64,000 nucleotides of DNA, taken from positions 544,001 through 608,000 of the forward strand of contig OZ244207.1 in assembly GCA_965216875.1 (NCBI GenBank), read 5' to 3'. Below are positions 45,746-52,672 of the stretch, piece by piece; the stretch's first letter is position 1; each line of letters begins with the position of its first letter. The notes under the pieces were generated by a model. The model was not told the DNA's origin, did not search any database, and saw only the letters and a list, made by a program, of their open reading frames with translations. A program made the translations under genes and the position numbers. The stretch is from Rubripirellula sp. Lineage in GTDB: Bacteria > Planctomycetota > Planctomycetia > Pirellulales > Pirellulaceae.

Positions 45746-46624
45746 TCACTCGTCGAACTTTAGACTTCCGTTGAGGTACAGTCGGGCGTTACCGTTCTGG
45801 GCGAGTTCACGAAGCGTTTCGAGTTCGGCCAGTCGCAGCAGGGCCGGGTGACCTTCCAGCGCCTCGGCTGCCTTGACGCGGAGAGCGTATGCTTGCGTTT
45901 CGGCTTCCGCCTTCGCTTGCGTCGCTTCTGCTTCGGCCTGCTCACGCAGTCGTCGTGCTTCGGCGTCCGCCTCAGCATCGCGCCGCGTGATTTCGGCTCG
46001 CGACTCCGCCTCGATCTGCTCGACTTCCGCTCGCGTTCGCGCTTCGACCAGTTGAGCCTGGCTGTGTCGCTCGGCTGCCAATACGCGGTTCATGATCTCC
46101 TGCAGGTTTCCTGGGAAGATCAAGTCCTTCACGTCGGCTCGCCGAATCGTCACGCCGTAGCTGCCAGCCGATTCCGTGACGTCCGAGAGGATATCTTCAC
46201 TCAGCCGGTTGCGGTTGGTCAGAATCTCCTCCAGCGTCATCGACGCCAGTGACCGTCGCGCGGCCAGCTGCACGTCGCTGTAAAGTCGGTCCTCGAAATT
46301 GTCGACCGTGTGGATCGCCGCCTTCGGGTCGGTCACGCGGAATTGAACGAGGATACTTACCCGAATCGCGACCTTGTCGGCCGTCAAGATTTCCTGCCCC
46401 TTAATCGTCAGCTCTCGCTCACGAACGTCGACCAGCATGCACTCGACGGTCGGCAGCTTCTTGAACCAACGCTTTCGCGGGGGAATCTTGTAGTGACCTG
46501 CTTCCAGGATTCTCGACAGCTTACCGTCTTCGTAGTACAAGCCGCGGTGAGTGTCCTTGATGATGAACTCGCGTCCTGCACCGGCAATCATAAGAGAAGG
46601 CATTGGGCTATCGACTTTGGGCAT
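45746..46624 (-). CDS. Slipin / SPFH (band 7) family protein
   Basis: VDVRERELTIKGQEILTADKVAIRV, DVKDLIFPG, PALLRLAELETL; start set at ATG 46624. Confidence 0.88.
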   Translation of the reverse strand: MPKVDSPMPSLMIAGAGREFIIKDTHRGLYYEDGKLSRILEAGHYKIPPRKRWFKKLPTVECMLVDVRERELTIKGQEILTADKVAIRVSILVQFRVTDPKAAIHTVDNFEDRLYSDVQLAARRSLASMTLEEILTNRNRLSEDILSDVTESAGSYGVTIRRADVKDLIFPGNLQEIMNRVLAAERHSQAQLVEARTRAEVEQIEAESRAEITRRDAEADAEARRLREQAEAEATQAKAEAETQAYALRVKAAEALEGHPALLRLAELETLRELAQNGNARLYLNGSLKFDE

Positions 46625-46752
46625 TGGGTACTCGGATGAATCGATCCTGTACTCGGTTGTGATGCAAGTTTGGTTGAGAGGATTTGTTCGCTTGAGTCTG
46701 GCGACCAAGCGTCTGAGGACCAAGCGTCTGAGGACCAAGTCTCGTGAACGGA

Positions 46753-46868
46753 GCCTCGGAGCGGAGCTGATCTGGAGTACGAGCTTTCAGATTTGGCAAG
46801 TCTGAGCGTTCATTCCGAAAGGTGAACGCAGCAACCATGTGGCCACTCGCTCCTAGCACCGCCGAGGC
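46753..46868 (-). ncRNA. Candidate ~116 nt structured RNA upstream of slipin
   Basis: Closing stem GCCUCGG/CCGAGGC, nested GGAG/CUCC and CGAGU/GCUCG helices, three internal hairpins. Confidence 0.45.
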
Positions 46869-47000
46869 ATTTTTGTTGATAGGCGTTTGGCTCTAGGCTT
46901 TAGGCTTTAGGCTTTAGGGAGAAGTTCGCAGGGTGAAGTGTGAAAAATCAGTGCGGGCGGTTTCTTTCACACTCCAAACTTCACCCTTCACAATTCAAAG

Positions 47001-47072
47001 TAGCTCGACCAGGATTCGAACCTGGAACACCTCGTTCGAAGCGAGACATGATGTCCGTTTCACCATCGAGCC
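47001..47072 (-). tRNA. tRNA-Arg(UCG)
   Basis: GGCTCGA/TCGAGCT acceptor, loop CTTCGAA, T-loop TTCGAAT. Confidence 0.85.
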
Positions 47073-47083
47073 GTGTTGCAGAG

Positions 47084-47170
47084 CGGAAGGCATGGGATTT
47101 GAACCCACATGACTCAGGAAGTCGCACGGTTTAGCAAACCGGCCCGGCAAGCCGTATCCGGCTACCTTCC
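47084..47170 (-). tRNA. tRNA-Ser(GCU)
   Basis: GGAAGGT/GCCTTCC, loop TTGCTAA, long variable arm, G73. Confidence 0.85.
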
Positions 47171-47180
47171 GAAACTTGAG

Positions 47181-47259
47181 TGGACCGCAAGGGAATCGAA
47201 CCCACAAACATGTAACGGAGGTTTGAGCTCCGCCGCTTTTCCGGTTTGCGTACCACGCC
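47181..47259 (-). pseudogene. Chimeric tRNA: 5' part Leu(CAA), 3' part from another tRNA
   Basis: Good D and anticodon arms (CGGAG CTCAAAC CTCCG), but 5' GGCGTGG does not pair with 3' GCGGTCC and the T-stem is mismatched. Confidence 0.65.
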
Positions 47260-47331
47260 GATCGTTGCCTTTCGCTCCGCGAAAGTAGCATTCAGTAACG
47301 TTGCTTTCGCGGAGCGAAAGACGACATTAAG

Positions 47332-47421
47332 CGTCCCCGATCGGATTTGAAGCGACAGGGACCTGCTTGGCTCTTGCGTAACAATGCCTGGCAAGCGAGC
47401 ACTCCGCTGCTCCACGAGAAC
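47332..47421 (-). pseudogene. Degenerate tRNA-Asp-like gene with disrupted anticodon/variable region
   Basis: Acceptor GTTCTCG/CGGGGAC-G and D arm intact; 13-nt anticodon loop, extra insert, broken T-stem. Confidence 0.6.
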
Positions 47422-47493
47422 TTTGGAAGTTTGAAGTTGGAAGGGGGAAGTGTGAAATTTCAAACTTCGAACTTCACCCTTTAAACTTCCGAG

Positions 47494-47567
47494 TAGCTCA
47501 GGTGGGACTCGAACCCACAGCATCTCTGGTTCTAAGCCAAAGTGGTCTACCAATTGCCTACCGAGCC
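47494..47567 (-). tRNA. tRNA-Leu(UAG), short variable loop
   Basis: GGCTCGG/CTGAGCT, loop CTTAGAA, GTGGG TTCGAGT CCCAC. Confidence 0.8.
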
Positions 47568-47584
47568 ATGTTGATTGAACGGAG

Positions 47585-47655
47585 TGGAGCGCCGGGGAAT
47601 CGAACCCCGATTTTCTGCGTGCAAAACAGATGTCTTCCCGTTGGACGAGCACCCC
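47585..47655 (-). tRNA. tRNA-Ala(UGC)
   Basis: GGGGTGC/GCGCTCC with G3:U70, loop TTTGCAC. Confidence 0.88.
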
Positions 47656-47744
47656 ATTTGAAGTTGGAAGTAAGAAGGGTGAAGTGTCAAAGAGGTTCGC
47701 GTTCCGTTTTCAACCTTTGCACTTCACCATTCAAACTTCTCAAG

Positions 47745-47835
47745 TGCCCAGGTCACGAGTCGAACCGGCAAACACTCGGACCCAGTATTCAAGGAATACT
47801 GGGCCGAGTCGCTCTGCCAGTTGGCGTAACTGGGC
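47745..47835 (-). pseudogene. tRNA-Leu-like gene with anticodon loop replaced by a 10-bp hairpin
   Basis: GCCCAG/CTGGGC-A acceptor and Leu-type D arm; CTCGG-[CCCAGTATTC CTT GAATACTGGG T]-CCGAG; T-stem mismatched. Confidence 0.65.
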
Positions 47836-47896
47836 GTCCGATGCTCACCGACCGATGCAAGTTTCTTGCACCGCCCGGCAAGCTGTTTTATAGCGA

Positions 47897-48163
47897 TCAT
47901 TTCAATCGCGGTTGGCTGTCGCCTGTTGCGTTGCGGTGATTGCGAATCGCTTTCCGATAGTCGGGAGTATCCGCGGCATCAACGACCTCATGGCCGACGC
48001 ACTCAACCACCCATCCATCAACCCAGCGATCGAGGTCGTCTTTCAGTTTCAGGACACGACCCAGCTTCGCAAACTGCTGAGGGATGTATGACGTTGTCTG
48101 CACCGAGCCACCGGCGACCGCACGTTTCATCGCACACTGCACGTATTTGACTTGTTTGGCCAT
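47897..48163 (-). CDS. Small hypothetical protein inside the tRNA array
   Basis: MAKQVKYVQCAMKR...TSYIPQQFAKLGRVLKLKD; GGAG RBS; co-oriented with tRNAs. Confidence 0.65.
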   Translation of the reverse strand: MAKQVKYVQCAMKRAVAGGSVQTTSYIPQQFAKLGRVLKLKDDLDRWVDGWVVECVGHEVVDAADTPDYRKAIRNHRNATGDSQPRLK

Positions 48164-48211
48164 CGTCATTCTCCAAGGTTGGCATGAAGCAGCGTCACCG
48201 TGACGCGTGAG

Positions 48212-48259
48212 TAGTCCTGGATGGAATCGAACCATCGTTTCCTGTTTGTAAGACAGGTG
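48212..48259 (-). pseudogene. 3' half of tRNA-Val(UAC)
   Basis: CCTGT CTTACAA ACAGG, GATGG TTCGATT CCATC, CAGGACT-A; D arm and 5' acceptor strand missing. Confidence 0.75.
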
Positions 48260-48262
48260 AAT

Positions 48263-48698
48263 GAAGTTTGAAGCGTGAAGTTCGAAGTTTGAAACGAAGT
48301 TCGGTAGATTGTTGGCATGAAAAGTGACTTGCCTGACCGGACATTTGCGTTTTCCGAGCGAATCGTGCGACTCTGTCTGGCACTGGAGGATGAAAGCGAT
48401 GTCGCTTCAACTCTGATGAGGCAATTGCTTCGGTCGGGTACATCTATCGGCGCGAATGTGGAGGAAGCTCAGGCAAGTGAAAGCAAGCGTGACTTCGTTC
48501 ACAAGTATTCGATTGCAGCTAAAGAGGCTCGCGAAACACATTACTGGCTGCGACTGCTAGCCAAGACCGAGGTCATTCCGCCATCTCGCCTTGAACCACT
48601 CACTGCTGAAGCCAACGAACTGGTCGCAATCCTGACGACAATCTGCAAGAAGAACCGGTGACAATCTTTCAAACTTCGAACTTCACCCTTCAAACATC
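48263..48698 (+). mobile_element. Heptamer inverted-repeat cassette carrying four-helix-bundle gene 1
   Basis: 32-bp IR 48263-48294 / 48667-48698 (30/32 match) around ORF 48317-48661. Confidence 0.6.
48317..48661 (+). CDS. Four-helix bundle protein (23S rRNA IVS protein/TIGR02436 family)
   Basis: DLPDRTFAF, QLLRSGTSIGANVEEA, SKRDFVHKYSIAAKEARETHYWLRLL. Confidence 0.92.
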   Translation: MKSDLPDRTFAFSERIVRLCLALEDESDVASTLMRQLLRSGTSIGANVEEAQASESKRDFVHKYSIAAKEARETHYWLRLLAKTEVIPPSRLEPLTAEANELVAILTTICKKNR

Positions 48699-48702
48699 CA
48701 AG

Positions 48703-48773
48703 CACGTCCCCAAGGATTTGAACCCTGACTTACTGGTTTGGAATCAGCAGTGCTACCGTTACACCAAGGACGC
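48703..48773 (-). tRNA. tRNA-Trp(CCA)
   Basis: GCGTCCT/GGGACGT-G, loop TTCCAAA, T-loop TTCAAAT. Confidence 0.8.
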
Positions 48774-48981
48774 GGGTAAAGTTTGAATTGAGAAGGGTGA
48801 AGTTAGAAGGCGAAGTATCTTCCGCTCATTTCACACTTCAAAATTCCTACGTCGAACTTCCAAGCGCCTCCCGTGTGGAAACGCTCCCAGAATAGGCTTT
48901 AGGTATTAGGTGATTAGACTCTAGGTAAAAGCTGCCTTCTTGCCTGCAGCCTAAACCGCTATGGTCTAAACACCTTCCAAG

Positions 48982-49026
48982 TGACGTGAGCGGGAATCGA
49001 ACCCGCGAACTCCTGGCTGAGAACCA
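48982..49026 (-). pseudogene. 3' half of tRNA-Glu(CUC)
   Basis: TGG TTCTCAG CCA, GCGGG TTCGATT CCCGC; 5' half replaced by a heptamer hairpin. Confidence 0.65.
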
Positions 49027-49131
49027 TAGTGAGACTTCAGGGATCAGGATTCAGACTTCAGAAGTGACCTATTGTCCGACCTGAAGCCTGAAGCCTGAAG
49101 CCTGAAGCCTGAAACCTGCAGCCTGAATCAG

Positions 49132-49203
49132 TACCGCATGGGAGTTTCGATCTCCCTCCTGCTGTTAGAAAGACAGCCGACCTAGCCAGTAGTCGAATGC
49201 GGC
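49132..49203 (-). tRNA. tRNA-Glu(UUC)
   Basis: GCCGCAT/ATGCGGT, GCTGT CTTTCTA ACAGC, atypical T-loop ATCGAAA. Confidence 0.75.
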
Positions 49204-49308
49204 GAAGAAAGGCTTTGGGCTCTAGACCATAGGAAAGACGATCAGGTTCGAGCTAGAGCCTAGAGCCTAGAGCCTAGAGCCTGAGGACTAAAGCCTGCGA
49301 AGCCGAAG

Positions 49309-49383
49309 CGCCGAGGACAGGAATCGAACCTGTGTTTGCCTGGTTCAGAGCCAGGTGCAACGACCAACAGTTGCCGCCTCGGT
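49309..49383 (-). tRNA. tRNA-Gln(CUG)
   Basis: CCGAGG/CCTCGG, CCTGG CTCTGAA CCAGG, ACAGG TTCGATT CCTGT. Confidence 0.8.
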
Positions 49384-49421
49384 GTACGGAAGTTTGAAGT
49401 CGGAAGTTCGAAGTTTGAAAG

Positions 49422-49493
49422 CACGGGTGGCAGGATTCGAACCTGCATACCACTGCTTCAAAGGCAGCTGGCTTACCGTTAGCCAACACCCGA
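49422..49493 (-). tRNA. tRNA-Gln(UUG)
   Basis: CGGGTG/CACCCG, loop CTTTGAA, GCAGG TTCGAAT CCTGC. Confidence 0.85.
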
Positions 49494-49548
49494 GTGTCTG
49501 CGTTGAACGTTTCAAACTTCTAGCTTCCCACTTCTAACTTCCGAAAGG

Positions 49549-49621
49549 CTCCGGCGGATGGGCTCGAACCATCAATCGTCTCCTTAACAGGGAGCCGCCC
49601 TACCGATTGGGCCACACCGGA
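49549..49621 (-). tRNA. tRNA-Asn(GUU)
   Basis: TCCGGTG/CGCCGGA-G, loop CTGTTAA. Confidence 0.87.
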
Positions 49622-49627
49622 GTATCA

Positions 49628-50048
49628 TCAGGCTTCAGGGATCAGGTTTCAGACTTCAGGATCTAGGGGCGAAGATGAGAGACTACAGAAAACTGCGTGC
49701 GTTCGAATTGGCGGATCAGCTTGCAATCGCTGTCTACAAGTGCACGTCATCTTTCCCGAAAGAGGAAATGTTCGGACTGACATCTCAACTTCGACGCGCC
49801 GCTGTCTCCGCACCATCCAACATCGTCGAAGGAAGTGCAAAGTCATCACAAGCTGACTATGTTCGATTCCTCGAAATCTCCTACGGCTCTGTTTGCGAGG
49901 TTGAATATCAGCTGTCACTCGCACAACGCCTGTCGTATCTCGATGAACAAACAGCAACGGAGGTGATCGGCGTCGCCAATGAAGCCGGACGAGTACTCAA
50001 CGGCCTTCTTCGCTCACTGAAGTCTGACTCCTGAAGCCTGAAGTCTGA
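49628..50048 (+). mobile_element. Heptamer inverted-repeat cassette carrying four-helix-bundle gene 2
   Basis: TCAGRCT-type IR 49628-49659 / 50017-50048 (27/32 match); right arm overlaps the gene's stop codon. Confidence 0.6.
49675..50034 (+). CDS. Four-helix bundle protein (23S rRNA IVS protein family)
   Basis: MRDYRKLRAF, FPKEEMFGLTSQLRRAAVSAPSNIVEG, FLEISYGSVCEVEYQL. Confidence 0.93.
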   Translation: MRDYRKLRAFELADQLAIAVYKCTSSFPKEEMFGLTSQLRRAAVSAPSNIVEGSAKSSQADYVRFLEISYGSVCEVEYQLSLAQRLSYLDEQTATEVIGVANEAGRVLNGLLRSLKSDS

Positions 50049-50051
50049 CCA

Positions 50052-50122
50052 AGCGCCCAGCGAGAATTGAACTCGCGTCTTCTGCATGGCAAGCAGATGG
50101 GTTACCACTACACCATGGGCGC
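50052..50122 (-). tRNA. tRNA-Gly(GCC)
   Basis: GCGCCCA/TGGGCGC-T, TCTGC TTGCCAT GCAGA. Confidence 0.88.
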
Positions 50123-50212
50123 AAAATGCATCACAACCAGATTGTCAAAGATCGGATCAGGCTTCAGGTCTCAGTCTTCAGACTTCAGTTTTCTTGCTGA
50201 AGTCTGACAAAG

Positions 50213-50283
50213 AGCACCGAGTCGGATTCGAACCGACGTCCCCTCGTTACGACGGAGGGATCTTCCCACTAGACGATCAGTGC
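50213..50283 (-). tRNA. tRNA-Thr(CGU)
   Basis: GCACTGA/TCGGTGC, loop GTCGTAA (31:39 mismatch), GTCGG TTCGAAT CCGAC. Confidence 0.72.
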
Positions 50284-50427
50284 TGGAGTCAGGTGTCAGG
50301 CTCCAGGCTCCAGGTTCCAGGTACTAGGCTTCAGGTTTGAGGTTTCTGTTCCTTGCTGAAGTCTGAAGTCTGAAGTCTGAAGTCTGAAGCCTGAAGCCTG
50401 AAGCCTGAAGCCTAAAGTCTGCCCAAG

Positions 50428-50500
50428 TGGGACCGGTGAGAATCGAACTCACATGAGTCGGTTTAAGAGACCGGTGCATTACCTTGTCTGCCACAATCCC
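50428..50500 (-). tRNA. tRNA-Lys(CUU)
   Basis: GGGATTG/CGGTCCC-A, loop CTCTTAA. Confidence 0.85.
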
Positions 50501-50531
50501 AAATTGTGTTTTTGTCGTTGATTCGTTTCAG

Positions 50532-50604
50532 TCGGCGTGGCGGGAATTGAACCCGCGACCGTCGCCTTATAAGGACGCCGCTCTCACCCCTGAGCTACAC
50601 GCCG
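50532..50604 (-). tRNA. tRNA-Ile(UAU)
   Basis: CGGCGTG/CACGCCG-A, canonical D arm, loop CTTATAA. Confidence 0.82.
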
Positions 50605-50616
50605 ATGTGTAGCAAG

Positions 50617-50637
50617 TGGGGCCGGAGAGATTCGAAC
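50617..50637 (-). pseudogene. Displaced 3' end of the split tRNA-Lys(UUU) (att junction)
   Basis: Minus strand GTTCGAATCTCTCCGGCCCCA completes the T-stem (GAGAG) and acceptor (GGGGTTG) of the 5' part at 62716-62773. Confidence 0.85.
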
Positions 50638-50676
50638 CTGTCTCGTTGCCAACGGAACTTCTCACTGACTCTGGAG

Positions 50677-50748
50677 TAGGATTGCAGGGACTCGAACCCC
50701 GACCCAACCGGTTAAAAGCCGGTGATGCTGCCGTAACACCTCAATCCC
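50677..50748 (-). tRNA. tRNA-Lys(UUU) carried by the element
   Basis: GGGATTG/CAATCCT-A, ACCGG CTTTTAA CCGGT, CGGGG TTCGAGT CCCTG. Confidence 0.85.
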
Positions 50749-50788
50749 AAATAAAAAACCCAGTGCCGTCGTGTGACACCGGGTTTTG
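50749..50788 (-). terminator. Intrinsic terminator-like hairpin immediately upstream of the element tRNA-Lys
   Basis: Minus strand AAAACCCGGTGTC-ACACGAC-GGCACTGGGTTTTTTATTT. Confidence 0.55.
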
Positions 50789-51086
50789 TTGTTTCCAGCA
50801 ACAAAACGCCAACGTCACCGACGAAGCGGATACCAATCCAATCCATTCGCACCGCAACTGCGGGCGAGCGAATCGCTATTCAGATTCTGTTGTGTCGATT
50901 GCATTGGTATTGACCGCTACTTCTCTCGGTTTAGTGATTTTCGTTTGTCGTCCAATCTCAGGCCGACGGAACAATAGACCAGCGAGCGAAAAGAAGGTTC
51001 GCGTCGCTGACAGGAATAGAGATGCTTGGGGCGATATGGTTATTTCACGGTTTTCTGAAAACCGGGCAAAGTCACTTGGTAGCTGC

Positions 51087-52061
51087 TCATTCAGCCTCAT
51101 CATTCGGATCGTAGTCCAGCGATTGGAGATTCATCCCTTCAAGCAATGGTCGCGGATACCAAGCAGCGATACCAAACGCGTTTCCGTCGGTGTCAAAGCA
51201 TCCAGGACCGCCTAGCTTGTAGCCTGACTCGAAGTCTGGGTCGGCTTCAAATCGGCTAAGTATCACCCCAAGAAAAAAAGGCATGTGGGGGACTTCCATG
51301 ATCCGAAGGTCGAATCGAAAACTAAACTCACCCTGAAACGGGAGTTCGCGTCGAAGGATGTAGTTGCCGTTTGTTGTCGTTGCCGACACCAACTCAGACA
51401 CGGGGAACATAAAGAATTCCAGATTGTATGCCGTTGACGTTGGCAACCCGGCATACAAGGGATGATGCCAGAGGTCACCGGGTCGAAACGTCTCAGCGTG
51501 TTTGCCTCCGCGTTCGACGAATTTATCAAGCCCTTGAAATATCAATCCGCAAAGCGGTCCAGAGGTGACGTTCACAGAAGTGGGGGCTTTCAGGCCAACA
51601 CCCCTTATTTGCTCAAGTTCCCGGTTGTACCCAGACACAATCGGTCGACCGGAACTCGAAAACTGAACAAAGCCGCCCATGTGAAGGCTTAGCTTGACCC
51701 GGTCGCTGACAGTAAAAGTGGCGGATTCGTGTAGCTTCTGTATCGACTGCTTCTGCGAATAGTCGTAGGGGATTCTTAGGACCAGTCCATCGGTTACCGG
51801 ATGATATGGGACAGACAAATGAAATCCGTCCCTCAAGAATCCGATACGCGCAATAAGCCGCTCACGACCGTCTTCGCCTTCAACGGCAACACGGTAGCCT
51901 TCCCCAATGTGCTTTCTCACTTTTCGAGAACTTTGACCGACCGCCTCTACAGCGCGGCGCAGGCGAGATTTGGATACTCCGATCGCACCCGCGTAATACT
52001 GCAAAAGCCAATCCTCATTGGGATCGATATTGTCTGGGATATCCGAAATGATCATGCGCAC
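51087..52061 (-). CDS. Hypothetical protein with N-terminal DUF3606-like domain
   Basis: IDPNEDWLLQYYAGAIGVSKSRLRRAVEAVG resembles DUF3606; the rest is unrecognised. Confidence 0.65.
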   Translation of the reverse strand: MRMIISDIPDNIDPNEDWLLQYYAGAIGVSKSRLRRAVEAVGQSSRKVRKHIGEGYRVAVEGEDGRERLIARIGFLRDGFHLSVPYHPVTDGLVLRIPYDYSQKQSIQKLHESATFTVSDRVKLSLHMGGFVQFSSSGRPIVSGYNRELEQIRGVGLKAPTSVNVTSGPLCGLIFQGLDKFVERGGKHAETFRPGDLWHHPLYAGLPTSTAYNLEFFMFPVSELVSATTTNGNYILRRELPFQGEFSFRFDLRIMEVPHMPFFLGVILSRFEADPDFESGYKLGGPGCFDTDGNAFGIAAWYPRPLLEGMNLQSLDYDPNDEAE

Positions 52062-52081
52062 GAACCAAATAACTCAGAGTA

Positions 52082-52672
52082 CTAGAGACCGACCATGCGA
52101 TTCCAGTCAGCAACATACATCTCGATCCGATGAAACTCACCAGGCAACAGCAGTCGGTTGTGAGCCATAAAGTTCCGGGCCTTTTCAAGCTCGTCAAATC
52201 GTTGCTTCAACCAATGCTGCGTCGGAATCAGGTCTGAGAAATCCTCCCAGTTGTTGAGGATGATGTCGGCAAGGTGTCCAAATTGCACGAATCCCAGAAC
52301 GTCACGCTTCTGGCCTTCGAGCCACGAGTTGGTGTTCGCGTCTTCCTGACGTGCTTCCGCAAACTCACGGATCTTCTTTGTCACCTTATTGTCCCACCAA
52401 TCATCTCCATACTGCTCTTGGAGGCGTTGCGTGATAAGGGATCGCACAGAATTCTCGAAGCAGTAGACCAAGGAATAGAGTCGTCCCATTTGTAACGCTT
52501 CATTGCGAAGGTCAATGCTAAAGGGATCCAGTGTTTCGTTGAGCAACGCGCGCTCGGATTCAGTCGTGTCGGCCCCAACACGGATGCCGGCAGATCGAAA
52601 GTGTTCCGCGTCCGCTTCGAACATCAGACCTCGAAACATCCAGTCCCTAACTTCCTTTCGTTCAATCTTCAA
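52082..52672 (-). CDS. Swt1-like HEPN domain protein (putative RNase)
   Basis: YCFENSVRSLI, YGDDWW, LEKARNFMAHN (Rx4H). Confidence 0.85.
   Translation of the reverse strand: MKIERKEVRDWMFRGLMFEADAEHFRSAGIRVGADTTESERALLNETLDPFSIDLRNEALQMGRLYSLVYCFENSVRSLITQRLQEQYGDDWWDNKVTKKIREFAEARQEDANTNSWLEGQKRDVLGFVQFGHLADIILNNWEDFSDLIPTQHWLKQRFDELEKARNFMAHNRLLLPGEFHRIEMYVADWNRMVGL

Noticed and set aside
46940..47939. ORFs overlapping tRNA genes (also 50616-51215, 63129-63853)
   Set aside because: They run through tRNAs, repeats or the ncRNA and have non-protein-like composition.
48864..48888. tRNA gene at GCGCCTCCCGTG...
   Set aside because: Only about 12 nt resembling a tRNA 3' end remain; too short to call.
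48317..50034. Diversity-generating retroelement (Avd-like genes)
   Set aside because: No reverse transcriptase and no TR/VR pair visible in the window.
46887..50421. CRISPR array in the repeat-rich region
   Set aside because: Repeats are degenerate 7-mers forming inverted arms between tRNAs, not constant direct repeats with unique spacers; no cas genes.
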